Shown here one piece after another: positions 28,898-39,438 of a DNA stretch of 64,000 bases. The notes below the pieces were generated by a model. That model saw nothing but the letters and a program-made list of their open reading frames with translations, had not been told where the DNA came from and did no database searches. Source of the DNA: an uncultured Chloroflexia bacterium. GTDB taxonomy: Bacteria > Chloroflexota > Limnocylindria > QHBO01. The stretch covers positions 1-64,000 of the forward strand of contig CAWGTN010000001.1 of assembly GCA_963825525.1 (NCBI GenBank), written 5' to 3'. The position numbers and the translations under genes are program-made. Positions within the stretch are counted from its first letter, which is position 1. The number at the start of each line of letters is the position of its first letter.

Positions 28898-30682
28898 GTG
28901 TCCGTATCCGAACCGATCCAGCCCGTCGGGCGCACGCCCGCCTGGCGCACCGTCGTGATCGCGGTCGTCGCGGTCCTGGCCATCGCCATCGGCGCCTTCG
29001 CCGGATCGGTGCTTCTCACGAACCGAACCGCGGCAATGGGATCGGGATCGGCCTACGTTCCCGCGGACGCCGCCTTCTTCGTCGAGCTTCGGGTCGACCC
29101 GTCGGTCGATCAGGATGCCGCGCTGCGTGACATCCTCGGTCGCTTCCCCGAGATCCCCGAGGTCGACCTTGAACGCCCGCTCTACGCGCAGGCGATCGAG
29201 TCCATCGAGGAGATGCTCGATGCCGAGGACGCGGGGATCAGCTGGGCGGACGACGTTGCGCCATGGTTCGACGGTCGCGTCTCGCTCACCGTCACGGACA
29301 TTCCGTTGACGGCCATGGGTGCCCCCATGGACCCGATGGATCCCATGGCGATGCCCGAGGTCCCACCCATGCTCGTGATGCTGGGCGTGACGGACCGCTC
29401 AGAGGCCGAGGGGGCAATCGGTCGCATCCTCGCCGCAGGCGGCAACGGCATGCCGGCTCTGTCGACGATCGAGCACCGCGGCGTGGTGATCCACGTGGTG
29501 GAAGACTCCGAGCTCGGTGCCTACGCACTCACCGATGACCAACTGGTGTTCGGCACCAACGCCGAGACGATCCAGGCGGCAATCGATACACACGCCGATG
29601 GTGACGCCAGCCTCGCCGATCTGCCGGAAATGTCCCGTCTGATCGCCCAGCTCCCCGACGATTGGCTCATGTTCGCGACATTCGACTTCACCGACATGAT
29701 GGCCCAGGCCATGGCCGAGAGTGCCAGCGCAGCGCCGGCCATTGCCGACGCGTTCAACTCGCTGATGGCGGGCCAGCCGCTGCGAGGGGCGATGGCCGTC
29801 TCGGCGGCCGAGGGCCGCCTCGTCATCGATGGCGCGTCCGACTCCGCCACCGGCGCCTTCGCCCGCGAGAACGCGCGGCGCAACCTGGCGGCGGAGGTCC
29901 CGGGCGACGCGCTCTACTTCAGCGAGGCCGGAGACATCGGCACCATGCTCGCCGCGGTCATCGGACCGATGAAGGAGGCGATGGCCGAGACGCCCGGTGC
30001 CGCCGACGAGATCAGCCAGATGGAGGCGGCGCTGGGCGCCGACCTCGAGGAGCTCGTGAGCTGGATCGACGACGGGGCGATGGCCATCGGCGCGACCGAC
30101 GGCGAGCCGTGGGCCGGGCTGGTCCTGGTTCCCAGCGACATGGACGCGGCACAACGGCGCCTGGGTCAGCTCGGAACATTCGCCGGCCTCGCCGCCCTCG
30201 ATCCGAGCAGCGGGCTGTCGGTCAGCGAGGAGGACGTCGATGGCGTGAGCGTCACGACCATCACCTGGACTGATCCGAACGCCTTCCCGGATGCCGGCAT
30301 GGACATGGGCATGCCGAGCTTCGGCGGGCTGGTGGTCGAGTACGCGGTCACCGATGACCGCGCCGTCGTCGGTGTCGGCGATGCGTTCGTCCGCCGTGCG
30401 CTTGCCCTGGGCTCCGGCGATGGACTCGCGGCCGAGGCGCGCTACGCGGACGCGGTCGAGGCGTTCGGTGGGGCCGAGAACGCGGGCGTGGCGTGGCTCG
30501 ACTTCGCCGGCGTCCGTGAAGCGATCGAGGAAACCCTGGGGCCGCTCATCGAGGCGGGCGATCCCGATGGCATGTACGCGTCCGAGATCCGCCCCTGGCT
30601 GCTCCCGCTCGATCGTTTCATCTCGGTGACGCGCGTCGACGGCGACGTCACGATCCAGCGTGGCGCGCTGCTGTTCGAGTGA
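28898..30682 (+). CDS. Membrane-anchored DUF3352-like protein
   Basis: N-terminal TM, YVPADA, DVAPWFDG, two repeated acidic halves. Confidence 0.65.
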   Translation: MSVSEPIQPVGRTPAWRTVVIAVVAVLAIAIGAFAGSVLLTNRTAAMGSGSAYVPADAAFFVELRVDPSVDQDAALRDILGRFPEIPEVDLERPLYAQAIESIEEMLDAEDAGISWADDVAPWFDGRVSLTVTDIPLTAMGAPMDPMDPMAMPEVPPMLVMLGVTDRSEAEGAIGRILAAGGNGMPALSTIEHRGVVIHVVEDSELGAYALTDDQLVFGTNAETIQAAIDTHADGDASLADLPEMSRLIAQLPDDWLMFATFDFTDMMAQAMAESASAAPAIADAFNSLMAGQPLRGAMAVSAAEGRLVIDGASDSATGAFARENARRNLAAEVPGDALYFSEAGDIGTMLAAVIGPMKEAMAETPGAADEISQMEAALGADLEELVSWIDDGAMAIGATDGEPWAGLVLVPSDMDAAQRRLGQLGTFAGLAALDPSSGLSVSEEDVDGVSVTTITWTDPNAFPDAGMDMGMPSFGGLVVEYAVTDDRAVVGVGDAFVRRALALGSGDGLAAEARYADAVEAFGGAENAGVAWLDFAGVREAIEETLGPLIEAGDPDGMYASEIRPWLLPLDRFISVTRVDGDVTIQRGALLFE

Positions 30683-30996
30683 GCCCATCGCCCGAGCCGC
30701 TGCGCGATGGTCGGGAAGGGGAGTCGGGCGTTCCCGCGGCCGAGGATCGGCTGCGCGCCATGGGCGTGCGGCCGACGACCTGGAGCAACGGACCGGGTGA
30801 TCGCTACGCAGCCCACGAGCATGCGACCGTCAAGCTGCTGATCTGCGCCGAGGGCTCGATCACGTTCCTGGTCGGCGACGAGGGGCAGCCACTCGAGCTC
30901 ACGGTCGGTGACGGAATCATGCTTCCGGCGGGGACGCGCCACGCCGCCGTGGTCGGCCCGCACGGGTGCACGTGCGTCGAGGGACATCGCAGCTAG
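30679..30996 (+). CDS. Cupin domain protein
   Basis: YAAHEH...EGSITF...GDGIMLPAGTRHAAVVG. Confidence 0.85.
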   Translation: MSPSPEPLRDGREGESGVPAAEDRLRAMGVRPTTWSNGPGDRYAAHEHATVKLLICAEGSITFLVGDEGQPLELTVGDGIMLPAGTRHAAVVGPHGCTCVEGHRS

Positions 30997-31292
30997 GCGT
31001 GCGGTCCCCGGCGCGAGGCCACTTCTCGGGCCTCCTTCTCGAAGCGGTTGTCGTCGTACCAGCGTTTCCCGGCTCGTCGGGCTCGCAGCGAGTCCGTCAG
31101 ATAGGCGATCGGAAAGGCCAACCCGTGCCGGGCCCACTGCCGCACGTGCTGGAGCTCATGCTCGAGCTCGGCGCCCTCCAGCGGCCGCCAGGCGTAGATC
31201 CGGTTGCCGATGGTGATCGCCAGCCAGTCCTTCACGATCAGTGAGCCGATGACGCGCAGCCACGGCCAGACGTGGACTCGATGCGTCGTCAC
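30993..31292 (-). CDS. Small HExxH zincin-like protein (DUF4157-like)
   Basis: AITIGNRI, LEHELQHVRQW, NRFEKEA. Confidence 0.75.
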   Translation of the reverse strand: MTTHRVHVWPWLRVIGSLIVKDWLAITIGNRIYAWRPLEGAELEHELQHVRQWARHGLAFPIAYLTDSLRARRAGKRWYDDNRFEKEAREVASRRGPHA

Positions 31293-32218
31293 CGGCCGGC
31301 ACGATTGAGCAGGAGGTCGCGGCGGTCGCCCCAGTGCTCGAGGAAGCGGTAGAAGTTCCGCTTGCTGAGCCGATCCCGCTCAGCATCGGGCAACGACGCG
31401 TAGCCGCGGTGCTCGTGACGCGTCAGCGGGAGCGGATCGGTACGGATCGCTCGCCAGCCCGCGTCACGGACCGCGAAGCTGAAGTCGAGATCCGCATTGC
31501 GATAGAACCGGAATCGACGATCGAATCCCTCGACTGTGCGCAGTGCATCGCGGCGGACGGCCAGGCAATAGCCCTCGATGGCATCCACCTCGCCCGGCGG
31601 CGCATCCTCGAACTCGCGACCGTCGCCGCTCGTGACCCCCCAGCCGCCGGCAACTCCGACCGTGGGATCGTCGAACGCGGCCATCAGCGGCTCCACGAAG
31701 TCGCCGATCGGCTCGAGCGATGTGTCGAGCAGGACCGTGATCTCGCCACGGGAGCGGCGCAGCCCGAGGTTGCGTGCATCGGCCCAGCCGAGGCGCTGGC
31801 TCGTGCGCAGCACGATCGTCTCGTCGGGGAGTGGGTGATCGACATCGGCCTCCGGCGCGTTCGCGACCATCACGAGCTCGAACGGCACGCTGGGTGGGTG
31901 AGCCCGGAGCCCAAGCAACAGTCGGGCAAGGTCCTCCGGATGGTCGTCGGCCACGACCTGGATCGAGACGGCCAGCGTCGGCGGATCATCCAGCAGCGAC
32001 GCCAGGTCGTTGGGATCGGCGTACCCGGTCTGGGCCGGTTGCGGCGGCAGCAACGGTCGAGCGGTCGAGCCGCCGGCGCTGTCCTGGACCTCCCAGCCCA
32101 TGGCCGCCAACTCGTCACGGAGCGCATCCGCCTCCTCCCAGCGCCGCTCGTCGCGCGCGGCTCGTCGCTTGGTGAGGAGCGCGCGGACTTCGGCGGGGGG
32201 TTTGCCCTCACGGGACAT
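31289..32218 (-). CDS. GT2 glycosyltransferase with N-terminal CysRS C-terminal-like domain
   Basis: RRAARDERRWEEADALRDELAAMGWEVQD, then ARNLGL, LLDTS, GFD..F.FY..ADLDFSF. Confidence 0.8.
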   Translation of the reverse strand: MSREGKPPAEVRALLTKRRAARDERRWEEADALRDELAAMGWEVQDSAGGSTARPLLPPQPAQTGYADPNDLASLLDDPPTLAVSIQVVADDHPEDLARLLLGLRAHPPSVPFELVMVANAPEADVDHPLPDETIVLRTSQRLGWADARNLGLRRSRGEITVLLDTSLEPIGDFVEPLMAAFDDPTVGVAGGWGVTSGDGREFEDAPPGEVDAIEGYCLAVRRDALRTVEGFDRRFRFYRNADLDFSFAVRDAGWRAIRTDPLPLTRHEHRGYASLPDAERDRLSKRNFYRFLEHWGDRRDLLLNRAGR

Positions 32219-32367
32219 CGGCAGAAGTACTCCTGGAAATGACCGAACGTACCGGGTCGTTCGAGATCACCGCAACCTTACTATCCGACCACGAGCCGCA
32301 TCCACCGCACCTGCCCGGTGCGAACGGCCCGTTGCAGTGCCCCAATACGAGGGATGACATACCACCC

Positions 32368-32553
32368 ATGATGACGAACGAGGTCGGAAAGCTGCTGACG
32401 GCGGCCGAAGTCGCCGAAATGCTGCATCTCCACGTGAACACCGTGAAGCGCCTCGGGGATCGTGGGGAGCTCCCCTTCTTCCGCGTGTGCAAGCGTGGTG
32501 ACCGTCGCTTCCGCTACGACGACGTGCTCGAGTTCCTCCACCGCAGCAAGTAG
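32368..32553 (+). CDS. Excisionase/BldC-like HTH_17 DNA-binding protein
   Basis: LLTAAEVAEMLHLHVNTVKR...GELP...GDRRFRYDDV. Confidence 0.85.
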   Translation: MMTNEVGKLLTAAEVAEMLHLHVNTVKRLGDRGELPFFRVCKRGDRRFRYDDVLEFLHRSK

Positions 32554-32668
32554 CGCCATATCTGCTCCCGGTTCGTCCGGGGCGTGCCCCTGCCAGGGGG
32601 CTGTGCAAACGACCGCCGAGGTGCCATTTCTCGGCGGTCGTTCGCATGTGTCGCATAATCGACGGCCA

Positions 32669-33835
32669 ATGAACGACGAAACGAACGACCTCGAAGAGGC
32701 GCGACAGCTCCTTGACGGTGGCGATCACGAGGCGGCCATCCGCCGAGCCGAGCCGCTCACCAGCCAGTCGAACGCGGACACGGCGGGTGATGCATGGCTC
32801 GTCATCGGCATGGCCCGCTACCGCCTGGACGACGAACCGGGCGCGATGAGCGCGTGGCGCTCGGCCGCTGATGCGGGCGGAGCAAGCGCGTGGCTCGGCT
32901 GGCGGAGCGTCGCCGAGCAGAACGTCCGCGACGGGGACCTGGAGGCGGCGATCACCGCGTACCGGGAGGCTGACCGGCGCGCCCCGGCCGCCGAGCGAGG
33001 ACCCATCGCCAATCGGATCGCCTGGCTCCTCAAGGAGACCGGCCACGATTTCGCCGCACGCCGGCAGTTCAACAAGGCTCGCGGCGCCTATGCGACCTAC
33101 GTCCCCCTGGTGACGTACGCCATCATCGGGATCTGCGTTGCGCTGTTCGGCATCGACGCCTTCCTGACGCAGGGCGCCACGCTGGGCGGGGGGTTCCTCG
33201 GTGGTCAGCCCGGACCGCTGGGCCAGGACAATCTCATCAACGGCTTCTACGTCGCGAGCGGTGAGTGGTGGCGGATCATCACCAGCGCGTTCTTCCACCT
33301 CGGCCCGATCCACCTGGCGTTCAACATGTACGTGCTCTACCTGTACGGCCAGCTGGCGGAGCGCATGTACGGGCGCATCGAATTCGCGGCGATCTACCTG
33401 CTGTGCGCCGCCGGCGGCAGCGTCCTCACCATCCTGGTCGAGCCGCAGCAGTTCGCGGCCGGGGCGTCCGGGGCCATCTTCGGCATCATCGGCCTGCTGT
33501 TCGTTGTCTCGCGTCGCCACCACGCGGTCCTCGGTCGTGAGGCTCGGTCGATGATGGCCGGCATCGGGACCTACCTGGTGTTCCTCCTGGTCTTCACCTT
33601 CCTGGTTCCGGGGATCAGCCTGACCGGACATCTCGGCGGGCTCATCGTCGGGGCGATCCTGGGGTTCCTCCTGCCGCCCACGGGCGTCGAGACCCTGAGC
33701 GGCATGTGGCGCACTCCCACCGGTGCGCGCCTCTCGGGCGCCATGCCGCCGCCATTGCGTGCCGCGGTCTACGGCAGCGTGGCCGGCCTGCTCGTCCTGG
33801 GCTCGTACGTGGCGGCGGGCCTGACCGTCGGTTGA
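32669..33835 (+). CDS. Rhomboid intramembrane serine protease with N-terminal TPR-like region
   Basis: EWWRIITSAFFH, HLAFNM, GASG, GHLGG; helical repeats at the N-terminus. Confidence 0.9.
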   Translation: MNDETNDLEEARQLLDGGDHEAAIRRAEPLTSQSNADTAGDAWLVIGMARYRLDDEPGAMSAWRSAADAGGASAWLGWRSVAEQNVRDGDLEAAITAYREADRRAPAAERGPIANRIAWLLKETGHDFAARRQFNKARGAYATYVPLVTYAIIGICVALFGIDAFLTQGATLGGGFLGGQPGPLGQDNLINGFYVASGEWWRIITSAFFHLGPIHLAFNMYVLYLYGQLAERMYGRIEFAAIYLLCAAGGSVLTILVEPQQFAAGASGAIFGIIGLLFVVSRRHHAVLGREARSMMAGIGTYLVFLLVFTFLVPGISLTGHLGGLIVGAILGFLLPPTGVETLSGMWRTPTGARLSGAMPPPLRAAVYGSVAGLLVLGSYVAAGLTVG

Positions 33836-33860
33836 CCGCCGGGACCGGCGCCCGTAGGAT
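33832..33860 (+). promoter_or_regulatory. Promoter TTGACC-17-TAGGAT of the trp leader
   Basis: -35 at 33832-33837 and -10 at 33855-33860. Confidence 0.65.
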
Positions 33861-33869
33861 GCCGATCCC

Positions 33870-34125
33870 AACCGAACAGCGGCATCGACCGGGACGAGTA
33901 CCCGATGACGACGGCCCACACGAGCGAGCCGGGATGGTGAGAGCCGGCATGGACCGCATCGAGGAATGGACCCGCGAGCCTCGCCACGAATCGCTCGACG
34001 CGAGCGACAAGCGGCGACGAACCGACCCACCGTTAGCCGGGTCGACAAGTGCGGACCATTCGGTCCGAACGAGTGTGGCACCGCGGAAAACGCCTCCGTC
34101 TCTCGAGATGGAGGCGTTCGTGTTG
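33870..34125 (+). ncRNA. Trp T-box riboswitch
   Basis: GAGUA, AGCGAG and UGGUGAGA stem-I motifs; specifier GAA-UGG-A (UGG at 33967-33969); T-box AACGAGUGUGGCACCGCG (34068-34085); terminator AACGCCUCCGUCUC/GAGAUGGAGGCGUU (34089-34118); lies upstream of trpD. Confidence 0.9.
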
Positions 34126-34145
34126 CTCAGCCAAGGATGGATCTC

Positions 34146-35192
34146 ATGTCGACAGCCAGCCCCGAGCTCAGCGAGCATCGCCCGGCCGTGAGCGCGGCGG
34201 TCGAGCTCGTCGCTGCGGGTGCCGTGCTGCCCGCGCCACTGGCCGAGGCGGCCATGGAAGAGCTCATGGCGGGCTCGGCTCCGCCCACCCAGGTCGCCGC
34301 GCTGCTCGCGATGCTCCGCGTGCGCGGCGAGACGCCGGAAGAGCTGGCGGCATTTGCACGTGTCATGCGCAGCCGAGCGGTCCGCGTCGATGCGCCCGAT
34401 GGATCGGTTGACCTCTGCGGCACCGGTGCCGACGGTGCGGGCACGTTCAACATCTCGACCCTTGCAGCCTTCGTCGTGGCCGGCGCGGGCGTCCCGGTCG
34501 CCAAGCACGGCAACCGTGCCGTCACGAGCCGATGCGGGTCAGCGGACTTCGTGGAGGCGCTGGGCATCCCGCTCGACCCGGGACCCGAGGCCACCGGCCG
34601 CCGCATTCGCCAGACGGGGTTCGGTTTCATCTTTGCGCCGGCGTACCACCCGGCGATGAAGCATGCCGCACCGATCCGACGAGAGCTGCCGATCCGCACC
34701 GCGTTCAACCTGCTCGGGCCGATCATCTCGCCGGCCGGGGTCCGCCGCCAGCTCCTTGGTGTCGCCGATGAACGCCTGCTGCCGCTCATGGCCGGTGCGT
34801 TGGCCCGACTCGACACCGACCGCGCGCTCGTCGTCCACTCCGGCGACGGCCTGGACGAGCTGTCGCTGGCCGGGCCGAATCGAGCCATGCTGGTCGAGGG
34901 GCGGATGGTCGGCGAGCTCTCCATCGATCCGGAGGAGCTCGGCCTGGCTCGCGCGCCGCGCAGCGCCTTTGCCGGTGGCGATGCGCAGCTCAACAGCGCC
35001 ATCGCGCTCAGCGTGCTCGGTGGCGAGCCGGGGGCCGCACGCGACGTCGTGGTGCTCAACGCCGGGGCCGCCCTGTTCGTGTCGGGCGCGGCGACCGACG
35101 TCGCCGAGGGGATTGCCATGGCAGCCGATGCCGTGGACTCGGGCGCCGCCGCCAACGTGGTCGAGGCATCGGCCCGTTTCGAGGACCACTGA
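34146..35192 (+). CDS. trpD: Anthranilate phosphoribosyltransferase
   Basis: [32 protein letters not shown]. Confidence 0.95.
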   Translation: MSTASPELSEHRPAVSAAVELVAAGAVLPAPLAEAAMEELMAGSAPPTQVAALLAMLRVRGETPEELAAFARVMRSRAVRVDAPDGSVDLCGTGADGAGTFNISTLAAFVVAGAGVPVAKHGNRAVTSRCGSADFVEALGIPLDPGPEATGRRIRQTGFGFIFAPAYHPAMKHAAPIRRELPIRTAFNLLGPIISPAGVRRQLLGVADERLLPLMAGALARLDTDRALVVHSGDGLDELSLAGPNRAMLVEGRMVGELSIDPEELGLARAPRSAFAGGDAQLNSAIALSVLGGEPGAARDVVVLNAGAALFVSGAATDVAEGIAMAADAVDSGAAANVVEASARFEDH

Positions 35193-35196
35193 GCCG

Positions 35197-37863
35197 ATGC
35201 CCTCGACGGTTCTGAATGACCTTCTCATCGCGGCACGGCGACGATCTCGGGCTGACGCGCGCGTCACCCCCCTTTCCGAGCTGCGCCGCGATATCGCCCG
35301 CCTGCCGGCTGCGCGACGATTCGAGGCAGCGCTGCGGTACGACGACCGCGTGGCGCTGGTCGCCGAGGCGAAGCGGGCCTCGCCGTCAAGCGGCGAGTTC
35401 GCGGTGGCCCGTGGATCGGCGGCGATCGTGGAGCTCGCCCGGGGGTACGCGGCGGCCGGCGCCGCGGCGCTCTCGATCCTCACCGAGCCGACGCGGTTCG
35501 GTGGCAGCGACGACGACCTCGTGGCCGCCGCGCGCATCGGCCTGCCGGTGCTGCGCAAGGATTTCGTCGTCGATCGCTACGGCATCTGGCAGGCCCGCTG
35601 GCTCGGCGCGGACGCCGTGCTGCTCATCGTGCGGGCGCTTGGGCCGGACGAGCTCCGCTCGCTCATCGAGGAGGCCGGACGCGCCGGGGTCGACGCGCTG
35701 GTGGAGGTGCATGACGAGCGCGAGCTCGATACGGCGCTCGAGGCGGACGCGACGCTCATCGGCGTGAACGCGCGCAACCTCGAGACCCTGGCGGTGGACC
35801 TCGCCGCATCTCTGCCGCTGATCGCTCATGCGGCGGATGCGGGTGCGACGGTGGTGGCGGAGAGCGGGATGTCCTCGGCCGCGGACGTCGCCCAGGCCGG
35901 CGCCTGCGGGGCACATGCGGTGCTGATCGGGACCGCGCTGCTTCGTGAGCCGGACCCGGCGGCGGCCGCGGCAGGCATGGTGGCGGCGGCGCCGCAACGG
36001 AGACCGACGGCACGGCTGCCGTATCCCTCGCGGCCGGCGGTCAAGGCCTGCGGGCTGCGGGACCGCGCGTCGGTGCAGGCGGCCATCGCGGCGGATGCCG
36101 ATCTTGCCGGGTTCATCCTCGACCCCGCGTCCCCGCGCAGCGTCGACGTCGGGCGCGCGGCGGAGCTCATCGGCTCGATGCGCCGGCCGCGGCCCGTGCT
36201 CGTGTTCCGGGCTCCCACGCACCGGGAGGTCACGGACGCGGTTGAGGCGACGAAGGCGTCCGCCATTCAGCTCGCAGGGTTCGATGCACCGCCGGCGTGG
36301 CTCGGCGGGCTCGGCTCGACGGTCGACACCGTGATCGGCGTGCTCCACCAACCGGCCTCCGTGCGACAGGCCCTGCTGGCCGCCGAAGCATGGATCGCCG
36401 GCGGGGCGACCCACCTTCTGCTCGAGGGGGCCGCGCGCGGCGCCGGCGGGGGATCGGGCAGCGGCGCGCCGCGCGACATCGCGCGACGCCTCAACCGGAT
36501 CGTGCCGGTCGGAATCGCGGGGGGCCTGACACCGGCCACTGTCGCCGGAGCGGTGCGGGACGCCCGCCCGGCCCTCGTCGACGCGGCGAGCGGACTGGAG
36601 CGCGATGGCACATCGGATCCCCGGCGCATCGGTGCCTTCGTGCGCAATGCTCGCCGGGAGGCCGCCGGCGGTGACCGGGTCGATGTCACGGGCCGCTTCG
36701 GCCGCTTCGGGGGGCGCTTCGTGCCGGAGACGCTCATTCCTCCGCTGGAAAACCTTGAGGCTGCCTGGTCGGCCGCCGGCAGAGACCGTGGCTACCGCGA
36801 CGACCTCGAGCGCCTGTACCGCGACTTCGTCGGCCGTCCGACGCCGATCTTTGCGATTCCTCCAGACGCCCTGCGGGGGCGGGGCGGGCGTGGGGCGACG
36901 CTGTGGCTCAAGCGAGAGGACCTCGCCCACACCGGCGCCCACAAGATCAACAACGCGGTGGGACAGACCCTGCTGGCCCAGCGCATGGGGAAGCCGCGCA
37001 TCATCGCCGAGACCGGTGCCGGGCAGCATGGCGTTGCGACGGCCACCGCGTGCGCGCTGCTCGGCCTGAAGTGCGTCGTCTACATGGGCACCACCGACAT
37101 CGAGCGCCAGGCGCCGAACGTACGACGGATGGACCTGCTGGGCGCTGAGGTCCGGCCGGTGTCGACGGGCAACGGCACCCTGCGCGACGCTCTGAACGAG
37201 GCGCTGCGTGACTGGGTCGCCAACGTGGAGGACACGTTCTACGTTCTCGGCTCGGCTGCCGGCCCGCATCCCTACCCGGAGATGGTGGCCACGCTGCAGT
37301 CGGTCATCGGTCGCGAGAGTCGCGCCCAGATGCTCGAGGCCATCGGTCGCATGCCGGACGCGGTGGTGGCGTGCGTCGGTGGCGGCAGCAACGCCATCGG
37401 GATCATGCGGCCGTTCATCGATACCGCCACGCGGCTCATCGGGGTCGAGGCGGGAGGACGCGGTGACGGGCTGGGCGACAACGCGGCGTCGCTCGGCCTC
37501 GGAGCGCCGGGCGTGCTGCACGGTGCCTTCACCATGCTCACCCAGGACGCTGCCGGACAGGTGGTCGAGCCGCACTCGGTCAGCGCCGGACTCGACTATC
37601 CGGGCGTTGGGCCGCAGCTCGCCGCACTCGCCGAGTCCGGCCGCATGGAGGTGGCACGTGCCACGGACGCCGAGGCCCTCGCGGCCACGGGGTGGCTGGC
37701 TCGCACCTGCGGAATCATCCCGGCCCTCGAATCCGCGCACGCCCTGGCGGCGGCACTCCGCATGCTGCCGGAGCTCGACGGCGATGCCCACCTCCTCATC
37801 AACCTCTCCGGCCGGGGCGACAAGGACATGGGCATCCTGGACCACGAGCTTGCCACCACATGA
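35197..37863 (+). CDS. trpB: TrpC-TrpF-TrpB fusion (IGP synthase, PRA isomerase, Trp synthase beta)
   Basis: [21 protein letters not shown] (TrpC); VKACGL/IAGGLTP/DAASGLE (TrpF); [29 protein letters not shown] (TrpB); all in one 888-aa frame. Confidence 0.9.
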   Translation: MPSTVLNDLLIAARRRSRADARVTPLSELRRDIARLPAARRFEAALRYDDRVALVAEAKRASPSSGEFAVARGSAAIVELARGYAAAGAAALSILTEPTRFGGSDDDLVAAARIGLPVLRKDFVVDRYGIWQARWLGADAVLLIVRALGPDELRSLIEEAGRAGVDALVEVHDERELDTALEADATLIGVNARNLETLAVDLAASLPLIAHAADAGATVVAESGMSSAADVAQAGACGAHAVLIGTALLREPDPAAAAAGMVAAAPQRRPTARLPYPSRPAVKACGLRDRASVQAAIAADADLAGFILDPASPRSVDVGRAAELIGSMRRPRPVLVFRAPTHREVTDAVEATKASAIQLAGFDAPPAWLGGLGSTVDTVIGVLHQPASVRQALLAAEAWIAGGATHLLLEGAARGAGGGSGSGAPRDIARRLNRIVPVGIAGGLTPATVAGAVRDARPALVDAASGLERDGTSDPRRIGAFVRNARREAAGGDRVDVTGRFGRFGGRFVPETLIPPLENLEAAWSAAGRDRGYRDDLERLYRDFVGRPTPIFAIPPDALRGRGGRGATLWLKREDLAHTGAHKINNAVGQTLLAQRMGKPRIIAETGAGQHGVATATACALLGLKCVVYMGTTDIERQAPNVRRMDLLGAEVRPVSTGNGTLRDALNEALRDWVANVEDTFYVLGSAAGPHPYPEMVATLQSVIGRESRAQMLEAIGRMPDAVVACVGGGSNAIGIMRPFIDTATRLIGVEAGGRGDGLGDNAASLGLGAPGVLHGAFTMLTQDAAGQVVEPHSVSAGLDYPGVGPQLAALAESGRMEVARATDAEALAATGWLARTCGIIPALESAHALAAALRMLPELDGDAHLLINLSGRGDKDMGILDHELATT

Positions 37864-38681
37864 CCGGCGCCGGCCGCATTCGCGATGCGTTCGATGCCGC
37901 AGCCGCCGATGGGCGGACGGCGCTCGTCGCCTACCTGCTGTCGGGCTTTCCCAGCGAGGCCGATGCGGTCGCGGCCGCCGAGGCAGCGCTCGATGCGGGC
38001 GCCGACATCATTGAAGTCGGCGTCCCGTTCAGCGACCCACTGGCCGATGGGCCGACCATCGCGGACGCCGGCCGCGTCTCGCTTGCGGCCGGTGGAGGCC
38101 TTCCGTCGGCACGGCGGCTGGTCGCCGCCCTGCGCGACCGAGGCCATCGGCAGCCGATCATGGTGATGACGTATCTCAACCCGCTGCTGGCCGCCGGAGA
38201 GCACGAGACCCTCGACGGCCTGCGCGAAGCCGGGGCTGACGGGCTCATCGTTCCGGACCTGCCCGCCGGCGCAATGCCGCGGATGGAGCGATTGGCAGCC
38301 GACCTGGGCCTCGCGATGTCGTTCCTCGTGGCGCCGAACACCTCGGAACGGCGGATCGAGGCGGCGATCGCGGCGTCGACCGGCTTCGTGTACGTCGTGC
38401 CGTTGCTCGGCGTGACCGGTGCGCGTGACACGGTCGCGGCGGGTGCTTCGGAGCTCATCGGGACCGTTCGCCGGCAGGCGGACGGACGCGTCCCGGTGGC
38501 CGCCGGCTTCGGCCTGAGCACGGCGGCCCAGGTCGCGGACCTTGCACCGGTCGCCGACGGACTCATCATCGGCTCGGCACTGGTTGCCGCCCTGCGGGAC
38601 GGTGGCCCGGCGCGAATGGGGGACCTGGTGCGGGAGCTTGCCGCCGCCACGTCACCCGGACCGGGTCCTGTGCGATCCTGA
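37860..38681 (+). CDS. trpA: Tryptophan synthase alpha
   Basis: [33 protein letters not shown]. Confidence 0.95.
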   Translation: MTGAGRIRDAFDAAAADGRTALVAYLLSGFPSEADAVAAAEAALDAGADIIEVGVPFSDPLADGPTIADAGRVSLAAGGGLPSARRLVAALRDRGHRQPIMVMTYLNPLLAAGEHETLDGLREAGADGLIVPDLPAGAMPRMERLAADLGLAMSFLVAPNTSERRIEAAIAASTGFVYVVPLLGVTGARDTVAAGASELIGTVRRQADGRVPVAAGFGLSTAAQVADLAPVADGLIIGSALVAALRDGGPARMGDLVRELAAATSPGPGPVRS

Positions 38682-38685
38682 GCCC

Positions 38686-39438
38686 ATGTGCTTCGACCAT
38701 GACGCTCGACCACCACTCCCACCGATCCGCGGCTCGGCACTCGATGCCCGCGAGCTGACCCTCCACAGCCGGGACGGAACGGCCGTGAGCGCCTACGCCG
38801 CGCTCGCCGAGCCGTCTGCCGATCTCGGAATAGTCATCGTGCCGGACGTGCGCGGGCTGCACCCGTACTACGAGGAGCTGGCCCTTCGCTTTGCCGAGGC
38901 CGGGATCCACGCGATCGCCATCGACCTCTACGCGCGCACGGCCGGCGACGTCCCGCGCGGCCCGGAGTTCGTCCACGAGCCGCATGTCACGCGGCTGGAT
39001 CCGGCGCAGGTCAACGATGACGTCGCGGCGGCGTCCGCCTGGCTCGGCGGTCACGCCACCTCGATCTTCAGCATCGGCTTCTGCCTTGGTGGCCGGATCA
39101 GCCTGGTCCAGGCCAGCACCGGCCTGGGGCTGACGGGCGTCATCGGCCTGTATCCGTGGCCGGTCGGACCGCACCGCTCGGGAATTCCGGCGCCGGCCGA
39201 CCTTGCGCCGGAGTTCGCGTGCCCGGTGCTGGCCATCTACGGTGGGGCGGACACGGCCATCCCGCAGGAACAGCGAGCCGCATTCGACGAGGCGCTCGAC
39301 CGCGCGGGCGTGACCCATCGAAGCGTGACGTACGAAGGTGCGCCGCACTCGTTCTTCGACCGCCGCGCGGAGGAGCACGCCGATGCCAACGCCGCCGCCT
39401 GGGGCGAGATCCTCCAGTTCGTGGGAGCCGGCAGCTAG
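38686..39438 (+). CDS. Dienelactone hydrolase family protein
   Basis: PDVRGL, GFCLGG, GAPHSFF. Confidence 0.9.
   Translation: MCFDHDARPPLPPIRGSALDARELTLHSRDGTAVSAYAALAEPSADLGIVIVPDVRGLHPYYEELALRFAEAGIHAIAIDLYARTAGDVPRGPEFVHEPHVTRLDPAQVNDDVAAASAWLGGHATSIFSIGFCLGGRISLVQASTGLGLTGVIGLYPWPVGPHRSGIPAPADLAPEFACPVLAIYGGADTAIPQEQRAAFDEALDRAGVTHRSVTYEGAPHSFFDRRAEEHADANAAAWGEILQFVGAGS

Noticed and set aside
35386-37845. Long antisense ORFs (also 26871-28856, 32267-34081, 22538-24274)
   Set aside because: Shadow frames of real genes in high-GC DNA, with no recognisable motifs.
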